A DNA stretch of 64,000 bases from Candidatus Pullibacteroides excrementavium (lineage in GTDB: Bacteria; Bacteroidota; Bacteroidia; Bacteroidales; P3). The position numbers were made by a program, and so were the translations under genes. The stretch is taken from contig JADIMZ010000004.1 in the NCBI GenBank assembly GCA_017694335.1, forward strand, positions 15,033 to 79,032. Reading direction: 5' to 3'. The notes beneath the pieces were generated by a model. It did no database searches. It was given only the letters and a program-made list of their open reading frames with translations, and was not told the DNA's origin. Position 1 is the first letter of the stretch, and each line of letters begins with the position of its first letter. This document shows, piece by piece, positions 53,858 to 62,424 of the stretch.

Positions 53858-56800
53858 TCAGTTCGACTTCAACTTGATGCCCACCTTCAAATCCGCCTCT
53901 TGCAATGCCGGCACAAACTCCGAAGGCATGACCTTGATCCGCATCGGCATATTCAGACTCAACGAACTGCGTCTATCCAGCACATGAAAATTGACCGAAG
54001 CGCCTCCCGCAGCCGCCGCCTTCTTAGGAATCGTGTACTTCACACATAAATCCCTCATCTTCCGGGTGAAATCAGCCGATATGTCTTCCAAGTCGAGCTC
54101 CATCTCCACCTGCTTCGTATTCTTGTCCATCAACTCCGACAACGGAATCATATTCAGCACCTTCAATTCCAGCTCGCCCCCTTCCCGATTCCATCTAGGC
54201 CGGATTTCCGAATAGATATAGACGAATTCGCCCATATTAAGCAAATGCTTGAACTTCAAATAATCCTCCCCGAACAACGCCAATTCCATCGATTCGTCGT
54301 AATCCTCTATCGTGATACGCCCGTACCCGTTCCCGTTCTTGGTCATCAGATGCGCCGCCGAAGTGATGATAGCCCCGAAATTGAGCTTGCGCCCCCGCAA
54401 GGAAGCCCATTGTGCCTTGATAGCCGAGATACTGGTAGTGGCAAACTGGCTCAATTCCAACTTATAGGTTTCCAGCGGATGCCCCGAAATGAAAAATCCC
54501 ACCACCTCTTTCTCGTTGGAAAGCTGCTCTACCTTCGACCACGGCTCCACTTCCGGCATATCTATCTCCGCCACCGTGGACGACTGCACCTCCCCGAACA
54601 AATCCGTCTGCGAGGAATTCTGATTGCTTTGATACTGGGCCGCGTAATGCAGCAGTTTCTCGGTGAAAGTCTGGTTCTCGCCCGGTTTCTGGTAAAAGAA
54701 CAACGAGCGCGGGATATTGCCCAGACTGTCAAACGCCCCTGCCTTGGCCAAGGACTCCATGCATCGCCGGTTCATTCCTTTCAGGTTCGAACGACGCACA
54801 AAATCCACGATATCCTTGTATTCGCCGTTCTTCTCCCGTTCCTCCACCATCAAGTCCACCACGGCCGTCCCCACATTCTTGATGCCGCTCAAGCCGAAAC
54901 GAACCGCCCCCTCCTTGTTCACCGTGAAAGACGGCATACTCTCGTTCACATCCGGCCCCAGCAAACTGATCTTCATCCGCTTGCACTCATCCATATAGAA
55001 CGAGATCTTGCTGATGTCGTTCAAGTTGTTGGTCAGAACCGAAGCCATGAACTCCGCCGGGTAATGCGCCTTGAGGTAAGCCGTCTGGTAAGCGACCCAG
55101 GCATAGCAGGTGGCATGCGACTTGTTGAACGCATAGGACGCGAAGGCCTCCCAGTCCGTCCAGATCTTCTCGCAGACCTTGGCATCGTAGCCATGCTTGG
55201 CGCAGCCCTCCATGAAACCCGTCTTCATCTTGTCCAGCACATCCTTTTTCTTCTTTCCCATCGCCTTTCGCAAGGTATCGGCATCCGACTTGCTGAAATC
55301 GGCCAGCTTCTGCGAAAGCAACATCACCTGCTCCTGATAGACCGTCACCCCGTAGGTATCCTTGAGGTATTCCTCCATATCCGGCAAATCGTATTCAATC
55401 TTCTCCCGGCCGAACTTGCGGTTGATGAACTGCGGGATATATTCCATAGGCCCGGGGCGGTACAAGGCGTTCATCGCGATGATATCTTCCAAGCGGTTCG
55501 GCTTCAGTTCCCGCAAGTACTTCTTCATCCCTTCCGATTCGAACTGGAAAATCCCGTTGGTATCGCCCCGGCCGAACAGCTCGTAAGTCTCATGGTCGTC
55601 CAACGGAATATGGTCGATGTCGATCCGGATGCCGTGCCGCCGCTCGATATTGTCCAACGCCCCCTTGATGATTGTCAGCGTCTTCAAGCCCAGGAAGTCC
55701 ATCTTCAGCAAGCCCACCGACTCCACGTACTTGCCTTCGTACTGGGTCACCGGCATTTCCGAATCCTTGGCCGTCCCCGTGGGCACGTATTCCACCAAAT
55801 CCTCCGGCGCGATAATCATCCCGCAAGCATGGGTTCCCACGCTCCGGATGCAGCCTTCCAGCTGGCAAGCGTATTTCAAGGTCTTACGGACCAATTCATT
55901 AGGATTGGTTTCCATCTCCTCCTTGAGTTGGGGAACCTCCTTGAACGCCTTGGGCAAGGTCATACCCGGCGTTTCCGGCACCAGATCCGCTAGACGCTTA
56001 GATTCCGGCAAGGGCAAATCCAGCACCCTTGCCACATCCTTGATGGCCGACTTGGCCGCCATCGTGCCATAAGTGATAATCTGCGAAACCCTCTCGGCCC
56101 CGTACTTGTCCACCACGTACTTGATGACCCGTTCCCGGCCCACGTCATCGAAGTCCACATCGATATCCGGCATCGAGATACGCCCCGGGTTCAGGAAACG
56201 CTCGAACAGCAAGTCGTACTTGATAGGATCCACGTTCGTAATCCCGATGCAATAGGCAATGGCCGAACCGGCCGCCGAACCACGTCCCGGCCCCACCAAG
56301 ACCCCCATTTCACGTGCTGCCCGGATAAAATCCCACACAATCAGGAAATAGCCCGGAAAACCCATCCTCTCGATGGTAGCCAGCTCGAAGTCGATGCGCT
56401 CCTTGACCGGCTGGTTCTCCTCGTAGTTCTCCCCGTACCGTTTCTTCGCCCCCTCGTAGGTGATATGCCGCAGGTAATCCATGTCCGAAGTGAAAGGCTC
56501 CGGCAACGTGAACTTGGGCAGCAGGATATCATGCGTCAACTTGTAAGTCTCCACCTTATCCACAATTTCCCGGGTGTTCTCCAGATATTCCGGATGATCC
56601 GGGAACAAGGCCGCCATCTCCTCCCCGCTCTTGAAGTACTCCTGGCCCGTGTAAAGCATCTTGGTATCCTCGTTGAGTTTCTTGCCCGTATTGAGGCAGA
56701 TCAGGATACGGTGTGCCTGGTAATCATCGGCTTCCACAAAATGCACATCGTTGGTAGCCACGCACTTGATGCCGTACTGCTTTGAAAGCTGCTCGATACG

Positions 56801-57364
56801 TTCGTTGACCAGCGACTGCTCCGGATGCCCGTGGCTCTGCACCTCGAAGTAATAGTCCTCCCCGAAAAGATTATGGTAGAACTCTATATTCTCTTTCAAC
56901 TGTTCTTCTTGCCCGGCCAGGATGCTCTGTGGAATCTCGCCCGCCAGGCAAGCCGAGCAGGCGATGACGCCTTCATGGTATTGCTCCAGAAGCGAATGGT
57001 CGATACGGGGCTTGTAGTAAAAAGCCTCCTTGCGCTGGCTGAACGAGCACAGCTTGACCAGATTATGGTATCCTTGCAGGTTCTTGGCCAGCAGAATCAA
57101 GTGGTAGCTGCTGCGTTCCTCCCGGCCCGTCTTCTCGAACCGGCTCTTGGGCGCCACATAGACCTCGCAGCCCACAATCGGCTTGATGCCCGCCTTGGCC
57201 GCCGCCTCCACGAATTCCATCACCCCGTACATATTGCCATGGTCGGTAATCGCCACCGCATCCATGCCAAACTCGGTGGCTTTCTGCATCAAAGCCGGAA
57301 TCTTGGAAGCGCCGTCCAAGACCGAATACAAAGTATGAAGATGTAAATGAGCAAAATACGACAT
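53858..57364 (-). CDS. dnaE: DNA polymerase III alpha subunit
   Basis: Start moved to ATG at 57364 (MSYFAHLHLHTLYSVLDGA, PHP domain). GLLKMDFLGLKTLT. OB-fold C-terminal part. Confidence 0.95.
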   Translation of the reverse strand: MSYFAHLHLHTLYSVLDGASKIPALMQKATEFGMDAVAITDHGNMYGVMEFVEAAAKAGIKPIVGCEVYVAPKSRFEKTGREERSSYHLILLAKNLQGYHNLVKLCSFSQRKEAFYYKPRIDHSLLEQYHEGVIACSACLAGEIPQSILAGQEEQLKENIEFYHNLFGEDYYFEVQSHGHPEQSLVNERIEQLSKQYGIKCVATNDVHFVEADDYQAHRILICLNTGKKLNEDTKMLYTGQEYFKSGEEMAALFPDHPEYLENTREIVDKVETYKLTHDILLPKFTLPEPFTSDMDYLRHITYEGAKKRYGENYEENQPVKERIDFELATIERMGFPGYFLIVWDFIRAAREMGVLVGPGRGSAAGSAIAYCIGITNVDPIKYDLLFERFLNPGRISMPDIDVDFDDVGRERVIKYVVDKYGAERVSQIITYGTMAAKSAIKDVARVLDLPLPESKRLADLVPETPGMTLPKAFKEVPQLKEEMETNPNELVRKTLKYACQLEGCIRSVGTHACGMIIAPEDLVEYVPTGTAKDSEMPVTQYEGKYVESVGLLKMDFLGLKTLTIIKGALDNIERRHGIRIDIDHIPLDDHETYELFGRGDTNGIFQFESEGMKKYLRELKPNRLEDIIAMNALYRPGPMEYIPQFINRKFGREKIEYDLPDMEEYLKDTYGVTVYQEQVMLLSQKLADFSKSDADTLRKAMGKKKKDVLDKMKTGFMEGCAKHGYDAKVCEKIWTDWEAFASYAFNKSHATCYAWVAYQTAYLKAHYPAEFMASVLTNNLNDISKISFYMDECKRMKISLLGPDVNESMPSFTVNKEGAVRFGLSGIKNVGTAVVDLMVEEREKNGEYKDIVDFVRRSNLKGMNRRCMESLAKAGAFDSLGNIPRSLFFYQKPGENQTFTEKLLHYAAQYQSNQNSSQTDLFGEVQSSTVAEIDMPEVEPWSKVEQLSNEKEVVGFFISGHPLETYKLELSQFATTSISAIKAQWASLRGRKLNFGAIITSAAHLMTKNGNGYGRITIEDYDESMELALFGEDYLKFKHLLNMGEFVYIYSEIRPRWNREGGELELKVLNMIPLSELMDKNTKQVEMELDLEDISADFTRKMRDLCVKYTIPKKAAAAGGASVNFHVLDRRSSLSLNMPMRIKVMPSEFVPALQEADLKVGIKLKSN

Positions 57365-57491
57365 CAGAAACTCCTTTTCTCCAATAAACAAAAACCTTTC
57401 AAGGCCCTTCCGGTCCATTTCTCCATTCCCCACGAGAAACGTATCTTCCCTCCTTGAAAGCAAATCTTACAAAGGTAAGAAAACTTTGCTG

Positions 57492-57499
57492 TACTTTTG
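57492..57499 (+). promoter_or_regulatory. candidate -7 box TACTTTTG upstream of the glycan module
   Basis: Exact TAnnTTTG match, 132 nt before the ATG at 57631. Confidence 0.35.
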
Positions 57500-57630
57500 C
57501 AATTCCATAAGGACATGCCGGACGCGAAATCCGGCGCATCCTCCAGCCTTACGACTCACCGCCCAGCAGCACCGGTTCCCGCGCCGCATCAGCCGCCGAA
57601 ACCGCCCTCGCTTTGGCAAAAGAACAAGCA

Positions 57631-58392
57631 ATGGCACAAGTCCGCGAACCACTCGTTTCCATTATCATGCCTGCCTACAACGCGGCCAGGTTCATAAGGC
57701 AATCCATCCAGAGCATCCTGCAGCAAAGCTTCCAGGACTGGGAACTGCTCGTCACCGACGACGCTTCCACCGACAATACGCCGCAGGTACTGGAGCAAGC
57801 GGCCCGGGATGACGCAAGAATCCGAATCTTCCTGCAAACCCAGAACCAAGGACCGGGAGCCGCCCGGAACCATTCCCTGTCCCATGCCCGAGGCCGCTAC
57901 CTCGCGTTCCTGGACAGCGATGACCTTTGGCTTCCCCATAAACTGGAGCAGCAACTGCCATTCATGCAAAAACAGCAGGCCGCTTTCACGTTCGCCTCCT
58001 ATGCATTAATGAACCAGGAAGGCCAAGACTTGCACAAAACCATACAGGCTCCAGCCAGCATCACCTACAGGCAATACCTTCGCAACACCATCATCGGCTG
58101 CCTCACCGTGATGATCGACCGAGAGAAAACCGGCCCCGTGGTCATGCCCGATATGAGAACCAGCCAGGACATGGCTACTTGGCTCGACATACTCAAAACC
58201 GGAATCACGGCTTACGGCATGCCCGAGGTTTTGGCCAAATACCGAATCGTAGACGGGTCCAACACCTCCAGCAAATGGAAATCGGCCCAGGATGTCTGGA
58301 AAGTATACCGCCAGCATGAAAGCTTATCCTGGCCGGCATCTTGCTTCAATTTTGCCGGATATTGCTTCAACGCCATCAAAAAAAGGCTGTAA
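57631..58392 (+). CDS. family 2 glycosyltransferase
   Basis: The track start at 57613 is TTG; the first ATG is 57631. VSIIMPAYNAARFI...LLVTDDASTDNT...FLDSDD. Confidence 0.85.
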   Translation: MAQVREPLVSIIMPAYNAARFIRQSIQSILQQSFQDWELLVTDDASTDNTPQVLEQAARDDARIRIFLQTQNQGPGAARNHSLSHARGRYLAFLDSDDLWLPHKLEQQLPFMQKQQAAFTFASYALMNQEGQDLHKTIQAPASITYRQYLRNTIIGCLTVMIDREKTGPVVMPDMRTSQDMATWLDILKTGITAYGMPEVLAKYRIVDGSNTSSKWKSAQDVWKVYRQHESLSWPASCFNFAGYCFNAIKKRL

Positions 58393-58404
58393 AAACCCGA
58401 TTCC

Positions 58405-59013
58405 ATGCTAACCAAGACCCTCTTCGACCGGACCTGCGCCTTTTTCGGCCTGATCGCCCTCAGTCCTGCCCTTCTCGCAATAGCCCTCCTGATCCGTATC
58501 AAAATGCCGGGAGGTCCCGTTATTTTCAAGCAGACCCGTATCGGCCGTCACGGAAAACCCTTTACCATGTACAAATTCCGATCCATGACCATGCACCACA
58601 GCGGCTCGTCGGTATCCGTCAAAGGCGAAAGCCGGATTACCCCCCTGGGCAGCGTATTAAGGAAATACAAACTGGACGAACTTCCCGAACTCTGGAACGT
58701 GCTCAAAGGCGACATGAGCCTGGTTGGCCCCCGTCCCGACGTGCCCGGCTACGCAGACAAGCTGCAAGGCGACGATCGTGAAATCCTCCGTCTCCGGCCT
58801 GGCATCACCGGCCCGGCAAGCCTCAAATACCGTGACGAGGAAGAGCTCCTTGCCCGGCAAACCGATCCCCAACGATACAACGACGAAGTGATTTTCCCCG
58901 ACAAGACCCGGATCAACCGCGCCTATCTGGCCCATTGGAGCTTCGGCCTGGACTTGAAAATCATTTTCTGCACCGTCTTAGGCAAGGAACTCCAGGAGCC
59001 GTTCCTGCAATAA
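58405..59013 (+). CDS. small monotopic phosphoglycosyl transferase (bacterial sugar transferase, PglC/WbaP C-terminal type)
   Basis: One N-terminal re-entrant helix. Motifs PVIFKQTRIG, MYKFRSM, DELPELWNVLKGDMSLVGPRP. Confidence 0.85.
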   Translation: MLTKTLFDRTCAFFGLIALSPALLAIALLIRIKMPGGPVIFKQTRIGRHGKPFTMYKFRSMTMHHSGSSVSVKGESRITPLGSVLRKYKLDELPELWNVLKGDMSLVGPRPDVPGYADKLQGDDREILRLRPGITGPASLKYRDEEELLARQTDPQRYNDEVIFPDKTRINRAYLAHWSFGLDLKIIFCTVLGKELQEPFLQ

Positions 59014-59066
59014 AACCGGCAAAGGCATCGATAGAACCCATTATTCACTTTTCCATGTGAATACAT

Positions 59067-59074
59067 TACTTTTG
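59067..59074 (+). promoter_or_regulatory. candidate internal -7 box TACTTTTG
   Basis: Exact TAnnTTTG match, 27 nt before the ATG at 59101. Confidence 0.4.
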
Positions 59075-59100
59075 CAGTTTTGCCCTTAAAACTACAATCT

Positions 59101-60246
59101 ATGCAACAGCGAATCTGGCTTTCCTTGGCCCATATGGGAGGCAAGGAACAAGCATTCATTCAAGAAGCTTTCGATACCAACTGGGTCGTACCCTTAGGTC
59201 CCAACGTAGACGGATTCGAGGCCGATTTGGAAAAATATCTACAGGTAAGGAACAAAACCATAGCCGCCCTCTGCTCGGGCACGGCAGCCATCCACCTCGG
59301 CCTGCTGCTTGCCGGCGTGGAAAAAGGCGACGAAGTAATCTGCCAATCCTTCACTTTCTCCGCCTCCTGCAACCCTATCGTCTATTTAGGAGCCACACCG
59401 GTGTTCGTAGACAGCGAAAAAGATACCTGGAACATGGATCCCGCCCTACTGCGCGAAGCCATCGAAGACCGGATCAAGAAAACAGGCAGGAAACCCAAGG
59501 CCATCGTACCCGTCCATCTTTACGGGATGCCCGCCAAGATGGATGAAATCATGGCCATCGCCAACCAATACGGAATACCAGTGGTGGAAGATGCAGCCGA
59601 AGCCCTCGGCTCTACCTACAAAGGCAGGCCTTGCGGCACTTGGGGCCGTTTCGGCATCCTTTCCTTCAATGGCAACAAAATGATCACGACTTCCGGCGGC
59701 GGTGCCTTGATTTGCCCCGATGAAGAGAATTGCCGGAAAGCCATTTTCTATGCGACACAAGCCCGCGAACCCTACCCGTACTACCAGCACATGCAAATCG
59801 GCTACAACTACCGCCTCAGCAACATCTGCGCTGGCATAGGACGCGGCCAGATGCTCGTCCTGGACGAACATATCGCCCGTCGCCGGCAAATCCAGCGAAT
59901 GTACCGCGAGGCAATCAACCCCATTCCAGGTTGCCGCATCATGGATAATCCTTCGGCCGATTTCAACTCCAATTTCTGGCTCAGCTGCATCCTCGTGGAT
60001 AAAGACAAGGCCGGTTTCAGCGCCGAAGAGCTCCGTCTCTACCTGGAAAGCCAGAATATCGAATCCCGACGGCTTTGGAAACCCATGCACTTGCAACCGG
60101 TCTTTGCCCATGTCCCCTCCTACACCCATGGCATTTCCGATGCTTTCTTCGAAACCGGGCTCTGCCTTCCTTCCGGCTCCTCATTGACGGAAGAAGAAAT
60201 CCAAAGGGTCATTTCCTGCATACAGCATATCACAGGCAGGAATTGA
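59101..60246 (+). CDS. DegT/DnrJ/EryC1/StrS-family sugar aminotransferase (PglE-like)
   Basis: The track start at 59080 is TTG; the ATG is at 59101. PLP-lysine block LSFNGNKMITTSGGGALI, plus YGMPAKMDEI and GYNYRLSNI. Confidence 0.85.
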   Translation: MQQRIWLSLAHMGGKEQAFIQEAFDTNWVVPLGPNVDGFEADLEKYLQVRNKTIAALCSGTAAIHLGLLLAGVEKGDEVICQSFTFSASCNPIVYLGATPVFVDSEKDTWNMDPALLREAIEDRIKKTGRKPKAIVPVHLYGMPAKMDEIMAIANQYGIPVVEDAAEALGSTYKGRPCGTWGRFGILSFNGNKMITTSGGGALICPDEENCRKAIFYATQAREPYPYYQHMQIGYNYRLSNICAGIGRGQMLVLDEHIARRRQIQRMYREAINPIPGCRIMDNPSADFNSNFWLSCILVDKDKAGFSAEELRLYLESQNIESRRLWKPMHLQPVFAHVPSYTHGISDAFFETGLCLPSGSSLTEEEIQRVISCIQHITGRN

Positions 60247-60279
60247 CAAAAACAACCCCCGGCCAGACAAACGCAACGC

Positions 60280-60309
60280 TTTGAAAAACTAAGATTTTAT
60301 GTACATTTG
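60280..60309 (+). promoter_or_regulatory. Bacteroides-type promoter (TTTG-N18-TACATTTG)
   Basis: -33 TTTG at 60280-60283 and -7 TACATTTG at 60302-60309. Both elements are present with near-consensus spacing. Confidence 0.5.
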
Positions 60310-60315
60310 CCTTGG

Positions 60316-60496
60316 CAATAAGGCGGTCTTAGACAAGATCTCCGGCATAAAACAGCTTTCCGCATGTCGTAGAGGCACTCGTAAGGGGTTTTATGCTCTG
60401 CTAGGGAGATTAAGTGACCCCCAAGTCCTTTCGCGGGCAACCGCGCAGTTCTCCCTCCCATAAAGGACTTTTACTAACCCCTAAATTTTTTTACCA
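60316..60496 (+). ncRNA. candidate structured 5' leader or cis-regulatory RNA upstream of the histone-like gene (class not recognised)
   Basis: 9-bp stem GCATAAAAC (60345-60353) / GTTTTATGC (60388-60396). Hairpin CGCGG-GCAA-CCGCG (60432-60445) with a GNRA loop. 9-bp stem AAGTCCTTT (60423-60431) / AAAGGACTT (60462-60470). It crosses 7-bp AGGGAGA (60403-60409) / TCTCCCT (60450-60456). Confidence 0.35.
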
Positions 60497-60673
60497 ATGA
60501 ACGAATTAATGAACCAGATCAATGAGCAGCTGGAAGTGTTCAAAACGAATGCAACCGCTTACAGTGAAAAAGGGAACAAAGCCGCTGGTGCTCGCGCCCG
60601 CAAGGCTTCCTTGGAACTGACCAAGTTGTTCAAAGATTTCCGAAAGGCTTCTATTGAAGAAAGCAAGAACTAA
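60497..60673 (+). CDS. small histone H1-like (Hc1-type) Lys/Ala-rich nucleoid protein, 58 aa
   Basis: Absent from the track because it is under 60 aa. ATG at 60497, TAA at 60671. Translation MNELMNQINEQLEVFKTNATAYSEKGNKAAGARARKASLELTKLFKDFRKASIEESKN resembles the ~60-aa 'histone H1' proteins of Bacteroides (..GNKAAG.RARKA.LEL.K....FRK.SIE..K). Its own promoter and terminator flank it. Confidence 0.75.
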   Translation: MNELMNQINEQLEVFKTNATAYSEKGNKAAGARARKASLELTKLFKDFRKASIEESKN

Positions 60674-60694
60674 ATACGGATTCTTGCCACATAA

Positions 60695-60728
60695 AAAAGG
60701 GGACTCCAATCAAATGGGTCCCCTTTTC
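60695..60728 (+). terminator. rho-independent terminator after the histone-like gene
   Basis: Stem AAAAGGGGAC (60695-60704) / GTCCCCTTTT (60718-60727), ending in a T-run. Confidence 0.8.
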
Positions 60729-60776
60729 TGTATCCAAACACCACACCCCTACCGTCGATTCCCGTAAAAACGATTG

Positions 60777-60858
60777 TAAGCTTCGTTTCCGATAAACGCG
60801 GCGCCTCGGCATAGCTCGAACTGCGTTCGGCTCTGCGCTCGGCTTGCAGTTTATTTTA
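60777..60858 (-). repeat. family-2 repeat, single reverse copy abutting purB
   Basis: It is the reverse complement of the 44554-44633 unit. Its end TGCAGTTTATTTTA includes the purB stop codon (TTA at 60856-60858 is TAA on the minus strand). It is preceded by GTAAAAACGATTGTA (60764-60778). Confidence 0.8.
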
Positions 60859-62262
60859 GGCTTTGCATTCGGCTATGCGATTGGCGATGCTTTCCGGATG
60901 CGCCCCGTAGAACCCTGTGTAGTTCTGCGGCGTGATTCGTTTCATCCTTTCCTTGAGCGGCGAAGGCACGTCCAGATGGTCGATGAAATCGTGAATCGTT
61001 TCTTTGGTGATTTTGTTTCCGGTGCGGGTCAGTGCTTTGAGGGCTTCGTAAGGATGTGGGAAGCCTTCGGCCCGGAGGATGGTCTGGATGGCTTCCGAAA
61101 CCACGGCCCAGTTGTTTTCCAAGTCCTGTTTAAAGCTTTCCTGGTGCAGGAGAAGCTTGCCCAAGCCTTTTTCGAGCGATTTGTAGGCAATCAGGCTGTG
61201 AGCCATCGGCAAGCCTATCGTGCGGCAGACCGTGGAGTCGGTCAGGTCGCGCTGCATCCGGGAAATGGGCAGCTTCATCGACAAGTGCGTGAAGAGGGCG
61301 TTGGCCACGCCCAGGTTGCCTTCCGCGTTTTCGAAGTCGATGGGGTTCACCTTGTGCGGCATGGCCGACGAACCGACCTCGCCTTGTTTGATTTTCTGTT
61401 TGAAATAATCCATCGAGACATACGTCCAGACATCGCGGCAGAAATCGATTAGGATGGTGTTGACCCGCCGCATCGCGTCGAAAATGGCCGCGGCGTTGTC
61501 GTAATGCTCTATTTGCGTGGTGGTCTGGTAACGTTCCAAGCCCAAGTGCTCCTTGACGAAGCGGTTGGCAAACCCCACCCAGTCCTTGTCGGGGAAAGCC
61601 ACGTAATGGGCGTTGAGGTTGCCGGTGGCGCCGCCGAACTTGGCCGAGTGCGGGGTACGGGCCAGCAGGTGCAGCTGACTGTAGATGCGTTCCACGAACA
61701 CCAGCATCTCCTTGCCGAGGATGGTCGGCGAGGCCGGCTGTCCGTGCGTCCGTGCCAGCATGCCCACCTGGCTCCATTCTTCGGCCTTCTCGCTAATCTT
61801 GTCGATGACGCTCTGCAAGGCGGGCAGGACCGCGTTTTCCAAGCCTTCCTTGAGCATCAGCGGCTGGGCGGTGTTGTTGATGTCCTGCGAAGTAAGCCCG
61901 AAGTGCACGAATTCCTCGAAGCTTTGCAGGCCCCATTTCTCGAAACGGGCCTTGATGAAGTATTCCACCGCCTTCACATCGTGGTTGGTGGTCTTTTCGA
62001 TTTCCTTGATTTCCTGGGCATCGGCATCGGAAAAGTTCCGGTAGAGATTCCGCAAATCCTCGAACTTCTCCTTGGGGAAAGCGGCGAGGGCCGGGATGTC
62101 GAAGTCGCAAAGGGCGATGAAGTATTCTATTTCGACCCGGAGACGGTAGCGGATCAAAGCCCATTCGGAGAAGTATTCCCGCAATGGGGCGGTCTTGTCT
62201 GCGTAACGGCCGTCGCAGGGCGATATGGCGTGAAGATGAAAGGGGGCTGCTGGATTTTCCAT
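60856..62262 (-). CDS. purB: adenylosuccinate lyase
   Basis: ISPCDGRY N-terminal motif and fumarate-lyase signature GSSAMPHKVNP. Confidence 0.95.
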   Translation of the reverse strand: MENPAAPFHLHAISPCDGRYADKTAPLREYFSEWALIRYRLRVEIEYFIALCDFDIPALAAFPKEKFEDLRNLYRNFSDADAQEIKEIEKTTNHDVKAVEYFIKARFEKWGLQSFEEFVHFGLTSQDINNTAQPLMLKEGLENAVLPALQSVIDKISEKAEEWSQVGMLARTHGQPASPTILGKEMLVFVERIYSQLHLLARTPHSAKFGGATGNLNAHYVAFPDKDWVGFANRFVKEHLGLERYQTTTQIEHYDNAAAIFDAMRRVNTILIDFCRDVWTYVSMDYFKQKIKQGEVGSSAMPHKVNPIDFENAEGNLGVANALFTHLSMKLPISRMQRDLTDSTVCRTIGLPMAHSLIAYKSLEKGLGKLLLHQESFKQDLENNWAVVSEAIQTILRAEGFPHPYEALKALTRTGNKITKETIHDFIDHLDVPSPLKERMKRITPQNYTGFYGAHPESIANRIAECKA

Positions 62263-62321
62263 TATTCTGTTTTTTTTGAGAAAGCAGGATTTAGCTTTTT
62301 ACAGGTTTTATACGGCTTGTT

Positions 62322-62424
62322 AGAACGGGTGGGATGCGAGGCATCGCGAGGCTGAAGGCGAAGGAGCGTACTTTGGTACGAGACTGAGCCTGAATGCCTC
62401 GCGTAACGAAGCAGATTATCCGTT
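62322..62424 (+). repeat. family-1 long-hairpin repeat, copy d, overlapping the 3' end of nadB
   Basis: GAACGGGTGGGATGCGAGGCAT...GGAGCGTACTTTGGTACGAG...ATGCCTCGCGTAACGAAGCAGATTATCCGTTAT. 9-bp stem GCGAGGCAT / ATGCCTCGC and a central CGTAC/GTACG hairpin. The right arm covers the last nadB codons and its stop. Confidence 0.7.

Noticed and set aside
60506-60709. A 67-aa minus-strand ORF from the track.
   Set aside because: It is replaced by the plus-strand 58-aa histone H1-like gene, which has promoter, terminator and family resemblance.
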